From Candidatus Magasanikiibacteriota bacterium (GTDB lineage: Bacteria > Patescibacteriota > Patescibacteriia > Magasanikbacterales > UBA922): 62,158 bases of DNA. The position numbers and the translations under genes are program-made. The notes under the pieces are model-generated. The model saw only the letters and a list, made by a program, of their open reading frames with translations. It did no database searches and was not told the DNA's origin. The DNA lies in contig DAOOSC010000002.1 in NCBI GenBank assembly GCA_035389585.1, positions 1 to 62,158 of the forward strand, written 5' to 3'. The number at the start of each line of letters is the position of its first letter. Position 1 is the first letter of the stretch. Shown piece after piece: positions 1 to 9,044 of the stretch.

Positions 1-54
1 TCTCGAAAAGCCGTGCCTCGCAAGGGGCCGTGGGTTCGAATCCCACCCTCTCCG
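1..54 (+). tRNA. tRNA-Ser(CGA), 3' portion (window opens in the anticodon stem)
   Basis: Anticodon loop cuCGAaa at 2-8. Long 5-bp variable arm (about 15-28), so a class II tRNA. T-arm gtggg/ttcgaat/cccac at 30-46. Acceptor 3' strand cctctcc plus discriminator g at 47-54. CCA is not fully encoded. Confidence 0.7.
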
Positions 55-155
55 CCTTCGCCTGCCGAAGCTCTTCGCAGAGCGTAGGCGGGTATTATGT
101 TATACTACTAACATAGTTTAGTGTATTACCATTGGGCGGGCTACGGCGGACAAAG
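51..155. repeat. GC-rich palindromic repeat cluster, copy 1 of the bipartite motif tccgccttcgcc ... gctacggcggacaaag
   Basis: tccgccttcgcc (51-62) and gctacggcggacaaag (140-155) both recur exactly, reverse-complemented, at 43350-43380. The 77 nt between them hold further CCGCCT(T/A)CGC-like inverted units and an AT-rich palindrome (atgtta..taacat). Confidence 0.6.
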
Positions 156-378
156 TCCGCTAGGCTTGCGTAGGTGATCGAATTTTGGTTCTAACATCAT
201 CTGCCACACACCGCCATTGATCTGTACCCTAAAAAGTACACACCGACCATGTTGTCGATGTTTTCTTTTGTTAGGGTCTATATACCACAATACAGGTTAA
301 AAGACGAAACTTGTTTGGTTATTTTTTTGTTTACAAGTTGCTGAAACTTTGATAAACTTAAAAAATAATTACAAAAAA

Positions 379-2199
379 ATGCAAACTGTCGTTCAAGTCT
401 TGAAGGCCAAATTCGGTTATGAATCGTTTCGGTTCAATCAGGCCGAAATCATCGAAACCATCTTGCGCAAACAAGATGCTTTTGTTTTGATGCCGACCGG
501 CGGTGGTAAGTCTCTCTGCTACCAAATCCCCGCACTCATGTTCGATGGTTTGACTGTGGTAATTTCGCCATTGATTGCACTCATGAAGGATCAGGTGGAT
601 GCGCTTCGGTTGAATGGGATCAAGGCGGCGTATCTAAATTCTACACTAGATAGTGGAGAGATTTCAGAGATTTACAAACAATTAAGTAAAAACGAAATCA
701 AGCTTTTGTATGTTTCCCCCGAAAGATTGCTTGGCGGAAATTATCAATTTATGTTGTTTTTGCGTAGTTTGAAAATTTCCTTGTTTGCGATTGATGAGGC
801 GCATTGCATCTCTCATTGGGGGCATGATTTTCGACCAGAGTATCGGATGCTTTCGTCATTGAAAAGAGAGTTTCCCGATGTGCCGACAGTCGCTCTGACC
901 GCCACAGCCGACAAATTAACCCGAGATGATATTTTGAATAAACTACGGTTGAAAAATCCGAGTATTTTTGTTTCGAGTTTCAATCGGCCGAATATTCATT
1001 ATTCGGTCGAGCCGAAAAGAAAAATGTATGAACAAATTTTGACGTATCTGTGCAAGCACCGAAATGATTCGGGAATTATCTACGTACTTTCTCGAAATTC
1101 GGCGGAAAAACTGGCCGACAAATTAGAGTCTGATGGTTTTTCGGCGAAGCCATATCATGCTGGGCTCACTACCGAAAAAAGGCAGAAGAACCAAGAGCTT
1201 TTCAAGAAAGATCGGGTGAAAATTATGGTAGCGACGATTGCTTTTGGTATGGGTATAAATAAATCCAACATCCGTTTTGTAATTCATGCGGATTTGCCGA
1301 AAAATATCGAGAGTTATTACCAAGAGACTGGTCGCGCGGGGCGAGATGGTCTGAAAAGTGAGGCGATTTTGTATTACAGTGGTGGGGATGTGATGAAATT
1401 GAAAAAGTTCGCGACTGTGGAAGATAATCCAGAACAAACTCGGGTGATGTTGCACAAACTTTCACAAATGGCATCGCTCTGCGAATCAAATGTTTGTCGT
1501 AGAATGACAATTCTCAAATATTTCGGAGAGGAATCGGCGGATAATTGTAGTAGTTGTGATATCTGTCTCACGAGTCGAGAAAAATTTGATGGTACGGTAA
1601 TTGCGCAGAAAGCTTTGTCTGCTGTCGCGCGTCTCGAGAACAAATACGGCTTGACTTATGTGGTTGATTTTTTGCGTGGTTCCAAATCAGAGAGAATTCA
1701 CGATCATCACAAAATGCTGAAAACCTATGGTATTGGCAAAGACATTTCGAAAGAGGAATGGTTTCGCTATTTCAAGGATTTGATTTCTACTAATTATCTG
1801 AAACAAGTGGGGAGCGAGTATCCAGTCATAATGTTGACCGAAAAAAGTCGTGATGTCCTGCTCGGAAAAGAACAGATATATCTAGTGAAAATTGCGGTCA
1901 AAGAGCCGGAATTTATCACAGAAAAATCATATGAGCATCGTTTGTTCAGTGAACTGAAAAACTTGCGTACCGGTCTCGCTCAAAAAGAAAATGTACCGGC
2001 TTATATTATTTTTTCTGATGCAACACTGCTCGAATTGGCCACCTATTTACCGCAAACTTTGGGTGAGATTCGTAAAATTTCCGGGTTTGGTGATATTAAA
2101 TTATCAAAATACGGCCAGATTTTCCTCGATGTGATAGTAGATTATTGCGCAGAACGCAGGCTCACTTCGAAAATCAACGAAAAGATTTTGAAAAGATGA
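379..2199 (+). CDS. recQ: ATP-dependent DNA helicase RecQ
   Basis: Helicase motifs [16 protein letters not shown] and [20 protein letters not shown]. RecQ Zn-binding Cys cluster ([15 protein letters not shown]). C-terminal HRDC-like region. ATG at 379 is preferred over the TTG at 349 that opens the ORF. Confidence 0.9.
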   Translation: MQTVVQVLKAKFGYESFRFNQAEIIETILRKQDAFVLMPTGGGKSLCYQIPALMFDGLTVVISPLIALMKDQVDALRLNGIKAAYLNSTLDSGEISEIYKQLSKNEIKLLYVSPERLLGGNYQFMLFLRSLKISLFAIDEAHCISHWGHDFRPEYRMLSSLKREFPDVPTVALTATADKLTRDDILNKLRLKNPSIFVSSFNRPNIHYSVEPKRKMYEQILTYLCKHRNDSGIIYVLSRNSAEKLADKLESDGFSAKPYHAGLTTEKRQKNQELFKKDRVKIMVATIAFGMGINKSNIRFVIHADLPKNIESYYQETGRAGRDGLKSEAILYYSGGDVMKLKKFATVEDNPEQTRVMLHKLSQMASLCESNVCRRMTILKYFGEESADNCSSCDICLTSREKFDGTVIAQKALSAVARLENKYGLTYVVDFLRGSKSERIHDHHKMLKTYGIGKDISKEEWFRYFKDLISTNYLKQVGSEYPVIMLTEKSRDVLLGKEQIYLVKIAVKEPEFITEKSYEHRLFSELKNLRTGLAQKENVPAYIIFSDATLLELATYLPQTLGEIRKISGFGDIKLSKYGQIFLDVIVDYCAERRLTSKINEKILKR

Positions 2200-2351
2200 G
2201 GTATTAGGTCAGTTTGACGAGGAAATCTAACCGTTCTTTTTATTAGTGTTGCAATTATTTTTTCTTCTTTACAGTCTATCATTTTGGGTGTAATATTAAG
2301 GTGGTAGAAATTTAATGAAGTTTATTTTTAATAGATGTAATTTCTAAAAAT

Positions 2352-3131
2352 ATGAAATTATTTTCGAGTTTGAAGCAAAAGGCTGTAAATTTCCTTGAAC
2401 CATACAAAACGAAAGGACCAGCCACTTACGCAGCGGCGGAGCAAGCAATTGGAGCAATTTTGATCACGGACGGGTTTTTTGGTATAGAGAGTCCGTATGG
2501 AAAGAATAAACGTCCTGGCATATTTGGCACAATAGGTGGGGTGGTCTGTGCGATTGTTTTTATGTTTGTTCCGACATTTTTTGGAGACGTTTCCGGAATA
2601 AATGATATGACCGCGATCACTTCTGCAAAAGTAGTTTCGGTCGGTATGTCTAGTTTTACGAAAAATACCAACGGCAACAATAGTACTTCTTGTACACTAA
2701 TTGTGAATTACTCGGTCGATGGTCAAGAATATACAAAACAGTCTTCAATGTCTTCGTCAAACTATTGCTCCTTATCGGCGGGACAAGTAATAAATATTAA
2801 TTATAATCCTGCGAACCCTGGTTCATGGGTATATGGCGCTAAAATGATTGGTAGTTTCCTCAAGATATTTTTTTGGGTGGGGTTATTTATTTTATTTTCT
2901 AGCGTAATTACTTTTTTTATTCGTTTATTTAGTATAATTTTTGGTTGGAAACTGCTGAAGGATGGTCGGAAAAATGCCGCTAATTTGCCGGCAGAAACGA
3001 ATCTGCAAACAATGGTTGAAGAAATTAAAAAGAATTTCATGGCGTCAATTTTTGGATTTGGTAGTGTGCAGTCAGGGCTTGTACCCGGGGTGTCGCCAAC
3101 CCAAATACCAGGAAATCCTAATCAAGTATAA
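2352..3131 (+). CDS. hypothetical membrane protein (DUF3592-like architecture)
   Basis: 259-aa ORF with hydrophobic segments flanking a soluble middle (VVSVG..NYSVDGQEYTKQSS..GQVININYNP), resembling DUF3592. The family assignment is not verified. Confidence 0.6.
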   Translation: MKLFSSLKQKAVNFLEPYKTKGPATYAAAEQAIGAILITDGFFGIESPYGKNKRPGIFGTIGGVVCAIVFMFVPTFFGDVSGINDMTAITSAKVVSVGMSSFTKNTNGNNSTSCTLIVNYSVDGQEYTKQSSMSSSNYCSLSAGQVININYNPANPGSWVYGAKMIGSFLKIFFWVGLFILFSSVITFFIRLFSIIFGWKLLKDGRKNAANLPAETNLQTMVEEIKKNFMASIFGFGSVQSGLVPGVSPTQIPGNPNQV

Positions 3132-3226
3132 TCCGCGGTATTCACAAAATGCTGAAGACTTGGCACGTTTCCGCTTGACATGTTTTCCGTTTAGGGTTAT
3201 TCTACCATCAGTTTGAGAAGTGGTGT

Positions 3227-3302
3227 GCCGGCGTAGCTCAATTGGTGGAGTACCGGTCTCCAAAACCGAGGGTTGCAGGTTCAAGCCCTGTCGCCGGTGC
3301 CA
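3227..3302 (+). tRNA. tRNA-Trp(CCA), 76 nt with encoded CCA
   Basis: Acceptor gccggcg/cgccggt. D-arm gctc..gagt. Anticodon loop cuCCAaa (anticodon at 3260-3262). T-arm gcagg/ttcaagc/cctgt. Discriminator g followed by cca. Confidence 0.85.
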
Positions 3303-3337
3303 TTTTCAATCTAGCTTCAAATGCTGGAGCTGATCAA

Positions 3338-3362
3338 GGCAGGATTTATCCTGCCTTTTTTG
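3338..3362 (+). terminator. intrinsic terminator after tRNA-Trp
   Basis: Hairpin ggcagga-ttta-tcctgcc followed by a T6 run. Confidence 0.75.
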
Positions 3363-3397
3363 ATATCCAAAACCAAGATTTTTGATAGGCGAGAGTC

Positions 3398-3426
3398 TTG
3401 ACAGTGGTGGTTTGTTTTGTTAGGAT
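3398..3426 (+). promoter_or_regulatory. sigma70-type promoter of trpS
   Basis: ttgaca (3398-3403), 17-nt spacer, taggat (3421-3426). Leaves a short leader with SD aaggag at 3464-3469. Confidence 0.5.
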
Positions 3427-3474
3427 TGTGTTGGTATAGTTTATGTTCTTTACATGCAAAAAGAAGGAGTTTTC

Positions 3475-4494
3475 ATGGAAAACATTGGTGAAAAGCGAGT
3501 AATTCTGTCTGGGATCAGGGCTACGGGCAAAATGCATCTGGGGAATTACCTCGGGGCAATCAAGAATTTTGTTGAGTTGAGTCTTGATCCGAAAAACAAC
3601 TGCTTCTATTTCATCGCTAATCTCCACACCCTCACGACGAGGACTGACCCGAACGCAATGAGGCATGATCTGCGAGAGATCGTACTCGACTATTTGGCGG
3701 CCGGTCTCGATCCTGGTGTGGCGACGATTTACGCTCAGTCGAGCGTCCCGGAGACGACCGAATTGGCTTGGCTTCTGGCCTGTATCACGCCGGTGAATGC
3801 AATCGCCTCTATGCCTCACTTCAAGGAGAAAAAGGACCAACTTGAGGGCAGGGGCGGTTCAGATAATGCCGGTCTTCTGACCTATCCAGTGCTTATGGCG
3901 GCGGACATTCTCGGACCACGGGCCAATCTGGTGCCTGTGGGTCAGGATCAGCACCCCCATGTGGAACTGGCTCGCGATTTGGCTCGGCGTTTCAATAATT
4001 TATACGGTGAAACTTTCCCCATCCCAGAACTTCTGGAGGGCGAAGGTATCCGTGTGCCGGGTCTAGACAAGAGTGGCAAGATGGGTAAGAGCGAGGAAAG
4101 CGGGGCAATATTCCTCAGCGACCCACCAAAGATCGTGGAGAAGAAAATTCTCACGGCTCCGACTGACCCCAAAAGAGTCCGACGTACCGATCCAGGTAAT
4201 CCAGCTGACTGTAATATCTACCTATTTCATCAACTGCTCAGCACGCAGGATGAATTAGCGTGGGTATGCCAGGGTTGTCTCGGTGCCCATATCGGGTGTG
4301 CGGATTGCAAAAGGGTTGTGATCGGGCATGTCAATGAAATCCTGTGGCCTTTGCAGGAGCGTCGAGCAGACTTCTCTGCCAAACCCGCTGGTTTCGTAGA
4401 AGAGATTCTACATGAAGGCGGTATCAGGGCGAGGAGTCGAATTTCAGAAACAGTGACTGAGGCCAAATCTTTGGCTGGAGTTCCAAGCTATTAG
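3475..4494 (+). CDS. trpS: tryptophan--tRNA ligase (TrpRS) with a C-terminal Cys cluster
   Basis: Class I signatures: GKMHLGNYLG (HIGH-like) and KMGKS (KMSKS-like). ATG at 3475 sits 5 nt after SD aaggag. Cys motif C-x18-C-x2-C-x6-C-x2-C is encoded at 4210-4308. Confidence 0.9.
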   Translation: MENIGEKRVILSGIRATGKMHLGNYLGAIKNFVELSLDPKNNCFYFIANLHTLTTRTDPNAMRHDLREIVLDYLAAGLDPGVATIYAQSSVPETTELAWLLACITPVNAIASMPHFKEKKDQLEGRGGSDNAGLLTYPVLMAADILGPRANLVPVGQDQHPHVELARDLARRFNNLYGETFPIPELLEGEGIRVPGLDKSGKMGKSEESGAIFLSDPPKIVEKKILTAPTDPKRVRRTDPGNPADCNIYLFHQLLSTQDELAWVCQGCLGAHIGCADCKRVVIGHVNEILWPLQERRADFSAKPAGFVEEILHEGGIRARSRISETVTEAKSLAGVPSY

Positions 4495-4510
4495 CTAGAG
4501 GAGGTACAAA

Positions 4511-5986
4511 ATGAGACAAGGAAAAAAGAAGGGTAACAGAGGAAATTGGCGTTGGCCAGAAAAGGGAACTAAACTCGATTTGGGAAACATTTCTTCGCCC
4601 TACACGGCGCAACGCCCGCCAATGTGCTATCCAGGGACTCCACTTCCGGAGAGTGTCAGAGAAATCGCCGCTGGTCTGCTCATCAAACACATCAACGCTA
4701 TCGGTTCTCATACGCATGGGCGCGATGGCGAAGGCGGTTTCGAATCTGTCCAGGCGATTGAAGCGCGGGCGATTCGCATGATTGCTTCCGTGCTTGGGAT
4801 TGATTCTCCGGATCAAGTTGATGGGTATTTCTGTGGCGGTGGCACAGAAGCCAATATAGAGGGTTTGTGGATTGGCAGAGAGTATCTGCGCAAGTGCCAA
4901 GACCCCGTGGGTAGAGGCACCGTAGTGTTCGCGACCCCGCTCGTGCATTACTCGATAGCGAAAGCTGTTGAGATGCTCGATATTGGTCATCATCAGTGGG
5001 GCCAATGTGTGAGGTGCGGCAAGTCTCACATTTTCATGCCTGGTGTCATGGGGCGCGGGTTGAATTTGGTCGGCCTGAGTTCGAAGGGCGACGCCAATGG
5101 CATTTCCGGTGGCATGACCAATGGTGAAATGTCGATTACCAGTCTGAAGAAGATGTTCTGGCGCAAGTACGACGAGGGATTTCGGAGATTTCTGATCGTC
5201 GCGACAGTCGGGACATGTGTAATGGGATCGATTGACCCTATCAGAGGGATCGGTGATTTCATCCGAGAAATGGAGAAGACTACTGGCGCGCATTTCTATC
5301 TCCATGTTGATGCCAGTTTTGCTGGCTTCACTGTACCTTTTGTGGCGCCAGAGTACGAAACGGCATTTCAGGTTCCAGAAGTAATGTCGATTGCGGTGGA
5401 TGGTGACAAGATGGGGCGTTTGCCGTACCCCGGAGGAGTATTCCTCTGTCGGAAAGGTCTCATGTCTTTCGTAGCACGCAAGGTGAATTATGTGCGTGGC
5501 AACGAGGATGACACCATTTCCGGTTCGCGCTCCTGCCTCGCTCCTGTTTTGGCCTTGCATCAATTCACCAATGGGGGAATTGAGGAACAGCGGGAATACG
5601 TCCGGCGTTGCCTGAAAATGAGGGACAAATTCATCGACTTGGTGTCGAAGAAAAACTTCTCCTGGGTTCGTATTCTCGCCAGCTCGCCTTGGGTGAATTT
5701 CGCGCCGATGATTATCGACATTGAAGATGGAGGAATTCCAGCCTACTTGCTCGAGAATCATAGCGCGGCCGAAGGTAGAGAGCCAGAGGATGAAATGGAG
5801 GGCTTCCTCGAAGACTACCATCTGCGGAGTGATAGTGTCCCCAACGATCCGGAAGATCCGAACAGTTGTTGTAGTTCGGTCTTCAAATTCTGTATCATGC
5901 CGCACCACACCGAAGATCATCTCGCCCGGTTCGTGGCGGATTTGGAACGGGCGTTCAATTATTGGAAAGAAAGGAACGTCGAATAA
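4511..5986 (+). CDS. PLP-dependent group II decarboxylase-like protein
   Basis: GGGTEANIEGL, HVDASFAGF and SIAVDGDKMG (putative PLP lysine K300, codon 5408-5410) fit the fold-type I group II decarboxylase family. Strong SD gaggagg lies upstream. Substrate is unknown. Confidence 0.75.
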   Translation: MRQGKKKGNRGNWRWPEKGTKLDLGNISSPYTAQRPPMCYPGTPLPESVREIAAGLLIKHINAIGSHTHGRDGEGGFESVQAIEARAIRMIASVLGIDSPDQVDGYFCGGGTEANIEGLWIGREYLRKCQDPVGRGTVVFATPLVHYSIAKAVEMLDIGHHQWGQCVRCGKSHIFMPGVMGRGLNLVGLSSKGDANGISGGMTNGEMSITSLKKMFWRKYDEGFRRFLIVATVGTCVMGSIDPIRGIGDFIREMEKTTGAHFYLHVDASFAGFTVPFVAPEYETAFQVPEVMSIAVDGDKMGRLPYPGGVFLCRKGLMSFVARKVNYVRGNEDDTISGSRSCLAPVLALHQFTNGGIEEQREYVRRCLKMRDKFIDLVSKKNFSWVRILASSPWVNFAPMIIDIEDGGIPAYLLENHSAAEGREPEDEMEGFLEDYHLRSDSVPNDPEDPNSCCSSVFKFCIMPHHTEDHLARFVADLERAFNYWKERNVE

Positions 5987-6018
5987 GTGTGTGGATTCAT
6001 TTTGGTTTGGCCGTCTCA

Positions 6019-6047
6019 TTCGTGAGGCGGCTTTTTTTGATATTGAA
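6019..6047 (+). terminator. intrinsic terminator after the decarboxylase gene
   Basis: Hairpin gccgtctca-ttcg-tgaggcggc followed by T7. Confidence 0.75.
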
Positions 6048-6083
6048 TATTATTAACGCTTGTGATAACATTTATATTGTCAT

Positions 6084-6755
6084 ATGTCGAAAAAAATAGA
6101 TATTGAACCGGAGTGGAAGGAAGTTTTATCTGGATATTTCGAGACAGATTCTTTTGCTCGTTTGACTGATTTTGTGCGGGGCGAATATTGCACGAAATCA
6201 ATATTTCCGAAACCGCGGGATGTATTTCATGCTTTTTGGCTCACGCCTTTTTCGGATGTGAAAGTGGTGATTCTGGGCCAAGATCCGTATCATGGCATAG
6301 GTCAAGCGCATGGTTTGTGTTTTTCGGTGCCGAAAGGTGTACCGGTACCTCCGTCACTCGTGAATATTTACAAAGAAATTGAAAAAGATTTGAATATAAA
6401 AAAGGACTACGCTAACGGCAATTTGGAAAATTGGGGTCAGCAGGGCGTTTTTTTACTGAACGCAATTTTGACAGTTATTGCTCACACTCCCGCCTCACAT
6501 CGTGGTCGTGGTTGGGAGGAATTTACCGACACGGTCATAAAAACGATTTCTGATAAACGCGATCATGTTGTGTTTATGCTGTGGGGTAATTATGCGCGTG
6601 GTAAAAAAGTTTTGATTGATGCAGAGAAACATCTTGTTTTGGAAGCGCCGCATCCATCTCCGCTATCGGCTTACGCAGGGTTTTTGGGGTGTAGACATTT
6701 CTCGAAATGTAATGAGTTTTTGAAAAGTAAAAACATTGGAGAAATAAAGTGGTAG
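6084..6755 (+). CDS. ung: uracil-DNA glycosylase (family 1)
   Basis: VVILGQDPYHG..GLCFSV and HPSPLSA motifs. 223 aa. Confidence 0.92.
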   Translation: MSKKIDIEPEWKEVLSGYFETDSFARLTDFVRGEYCTKSIFPKPRDVFHAFWLTPFSDVKVVILGQDPYHGIGQAHGLCFSVPKGVPVPPSLVNIYKEIEKDLNIKKDYANGNLENWGQQGVFLLNAILTVIAHTPASHRGRGWEEFTDTVIKTISDKRDHVVFMLWGNYARGKKVLIDAEKHLVLEAPHPSPLSAYAGFLGCRHFSKCNEFLKSKNIGEIKW

Positions 6756-6867
6756 CGTTTTATTCAAATTGAAAACAAGCCTATTAATTTTTAAGTGTAG
6801 TGTCCTATGGCAAAAGGCAATAATGCGCAACAAAAAAGAGAAAAAAAGAAAGCCAAGAAAAAATAGT

Positions 6868-6898
6868 AAAAAATCTCCCCATTCTCGGGGAGATTTTT
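6868..6898. terminator. bidirectional terminator between ung and the convergent permease gene
   Basis: A-run, hairpin atctcccc/ggggagat, then T-run. Confidence 0.65.
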
Positions 6899-6911
6899 TG
6901 ATGACAGGAAA

Positions 6912-7976
6912 TTAGTTTTGTTTTAATTCGGTCGAATAATGTGAGTCGTAAATCGACATGATTGCTGTGAAGAGCGCGGCGATGACCGGTCCAATCACGA
7001 AACCAGAAATATCGAAAAGCAATATGCCGCCGAGTGTTGAAAACAAAACTACGAGGGGGTGGAGCTGGGTATCTTTGCCAACTAAAATTGGGCGTAGGAT
7101 GTTATCTATCATACTAATCAGAGTTGAGCCGACGATCAACACGGTAGCGCCCTGCCAGTATTGTCCGGTGATGAGTAGAACAATGCCCATCGGCAACCAG
7201 ACAATGAAAGGTCCGAGAGCAGGAATAATAGAACAGGCGATCATAATGATACTCCAAATCAAAGCGCCTTTGACACCAACAATGAAGAACAGGATTCCAG
7301 CTAATGTGCCTTGAATTGTGCCAACGATGAATGTCCCTTTCAGGGTGGCGCGGGCGGTCGAAGTGAAACGATCGTAAAGCATTTGTTCATATCGATCTCC
7401 GAGTGGGGAGAGGTGCATGACACGGCGGAGCATGCGTGGTCCGTCTTTGAAAAAATAATAAAGAGTGTAGAGCATGAGGAAAACCATTGCGAAAAAACTG
7501 ATGGAATTTTGGGTAATTGGCGCCAAGTTCTCAATAAGGAAATCAACAACGGTTTTGGTCACTTGCGCGGCAAAGTCGGAACTATTTGTCGAAAATTTTT
7601 CTAAGTATGGTCCGAGCGGTGTGGAATTTAATTTTTCTGTCACTGAATACAGGTGGCCCTGCCAGTCTGTCATCGTAGCTTCGGTATATATATTCACAGA
7701 TTCGCGTGCCACCAGGACGCCAATAAAGAATAACGGGACAACTAAAATCGCAATGACTGATATGACGGATAGAACCGAAGCAATGCTGGGGAATTTAGCC
7801 AGTTTCAACATCAGTTCATACAGCGGATAAAATAAGATTGCCAAGATGACCGCCCAAAAAATCGGATATAGAAACGGTCGAATTAGATAAAGCAGTCCAA
7901 TCCCGAGTATGATAATTAGAGAGAAAAAGAAAATCGATCGTACGCGTTCGAATTCTTTTTTTGTTTTGACAGGCAT
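6912..7976 (-). CDS. AI-2E family (PerM/UPF0118) transporter
   Basis: Polytopic membrane protein whose overall pattern (..GPRMLRRVMHLSPL.., ..GGILLFDISGFVIGPVIAALF) is typical of AI-2E permeases. The ORF opens with TTG at 8000. ATG at 7976 is preferred, but the start is uncertain. Confidence 0.8.
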   Translation of the reverse strand: MPVKTKKEFERVRSIFFFSLIIILGIGLLYLIRPFLYPIFWAVILAILFYPLYELMLKLAKFPSIASVLSVISVIAILVVPLFFIGVLVARESVNIYTEATMTDWQGHLYSVTEKLNSTPLGPYLEKFSTNSSDFAAQVTKTVVDFLIENLAPITQNSISFFAMVFLMLYTLYYFFKDGPRMLRRVMHLSPLGDRYEQMLYDRFTSTARATLKGTFIVGTIQGTLAGILFFIVGVKGALIWSIIMIACSIIPALGPFIVWLPMGIVLLITGQYWQGATVLIVGSTLISMIDNILRPILVGKDTQLHPLVVLFSTLGGILLFDISGFVIGPVIAALFTAIMSIYDSHYSTELKQN

Positions 7977-8151
7977 ATTGATTATAATTTCAAATGACAA
8001 AGCTCAAATTCCAATTCAGTATTTTTGATATTAGACATTTGTAATTTGAGCCTCGGCATTCAAACTAATTTCTTTTTGCATTATACCACAAAAAAACTAA
8101 AAAAAGTATATTCGCAAAAGTATGGCTAGAATTAGCCAAAAACCTTGCTTC

Positions 8152-8180
8152 TTGACAAAACTTGGTTTTTGGCTTAAAAT
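8152..8180 (+). promoter_or_regulatory. sigma70-type promoter of rpsB-tsf
   Basis: ttgaca (8152-8157), 17 nt, taaaat (8175-8180). The -35 is embedded in the inverted repeat gccaaaaacc/ggtttttggc. Confidence 0.55.
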
Positions 8181-8279
8181 ACGCCACATTATAACTCTCA
8201 TTACCATCTCCGGGTTCCCGGTGTTTTTCCTCCTCGTCGTCACCGACAGGGAATATGGTAAGAGGTAAAAGGAAAAAAT

Positions 8280-9005
8280 ATGAAAATTCCATCTCTTTTG
8301 GAGATGCTTCAGGCCGGTATGCACTTCGGACATCAGGTGTCTCGTTGGCATCCGAAAATGAAACCATACATCTACACAGATCGTAATGGTGTCCACATCA
8401 TCGATCTCGAGAAAACTCAGGAAAAATTGGAAGAAACTCTCGCCGCCGTGAAGAAAATGGCCGCTGAAGGCAAGGTCATCATGTTCGTGACGACCAAACC
8501 ACAGGCCAAAGAAATTGTGAAGCAAGCCGCCATCGATTGTGATATGCCATATCTCGTCGAACGTTGGCTCGGTGGAATGCTTACGAATTATTCAGAAATG
8601 AAGAAATTGATCCGTCGCTATATTGATTGGAAAGACAAACAAGCGACCGGTGAATTCGAGAGATATAGTAAAAAAGAAAGACTTGAAATTCAAAAACAAT
8701 TAGATAAAATGGACACAACTCTCGTCGGTTTGACAAAACTCGAACGCATGCCAGACGCTCTCTTCATCCCAGCTCTCCAGCGGGAGAAGACCGCTATGCT
8801 CGAAGCACAGAGGATGAATGTACCGATCATCGCAGTCTGTGACACCAATTCCAATCCGGATTTGGCAGAGCATTTCATCCCAGCGAATGACGATGCCGTC
8901 AATTCGATTCGGATGATTTCGGGTCTCATCTCGGCCGCGATCAAAGAAGGTCGGGAGGAATTCAAGAGAAAAAATACGGAAAATGTCAGCCGACAAAGTA
9001 AATAA
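8280..9005 (+). CDS. rpsB: 30S ribosomal protein S2
   Basis: N-terminus LLEMLQAGMHFGHQVSRWHPKM. 241 aa. Followed by tsf as in the conserved rpsB-tsf operon. Confidence 0.95.
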   Translation: MKIPSLLEMLQAGMHFGHQVSRWHPKMKPYIYTDRNGVHIIDLEKTQEKLEETLAAVKKMAAEGKVIMFVTTKPQAKEIVKQAAIDCDMPYLVERWLGGMLTNYSEMKKLIRRYIDWKDKQATGEFERYSKKERLEIQKQLDKMDTTLVGLTKLERMPDALFIPALQREKTAMLEAQRMNVPIIAVCDTNSNPDLAEHFIPANDDAVNSIRMISGLISAAIKEGREEFKRKNTENVSRQSK

Positions 9006-9044
9006 TCTCAGCGTAATTTCATTTTTTAATCTCTTTCAAAACAT

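Noticed and set aside
4424-6019. 531-aa ORF on the minus strand, longer than the sense gene it overlaps.
   Set aside because: It is codon-aligned antisense to the PLP decarboxylase gene. Its translation is low-complexity (Arg/His/Pro-rich) with no motifs, whereas the sense frame has clear PLP-enzyme motifs, an SD and a terminator. It is a shadow ORF caused by the absence of TTA, CTA and TCA codons in the sense gene.
6807-6911. Small basic ORF (MAKGNNAQQKREKRKPRKNS...) after ung.
   Set aside because: It has no SD. It reads straight through the bidirectional terminator hairpin and ends in the spacer. It is A-rich, low-complexity sequence and most likely non-coding.
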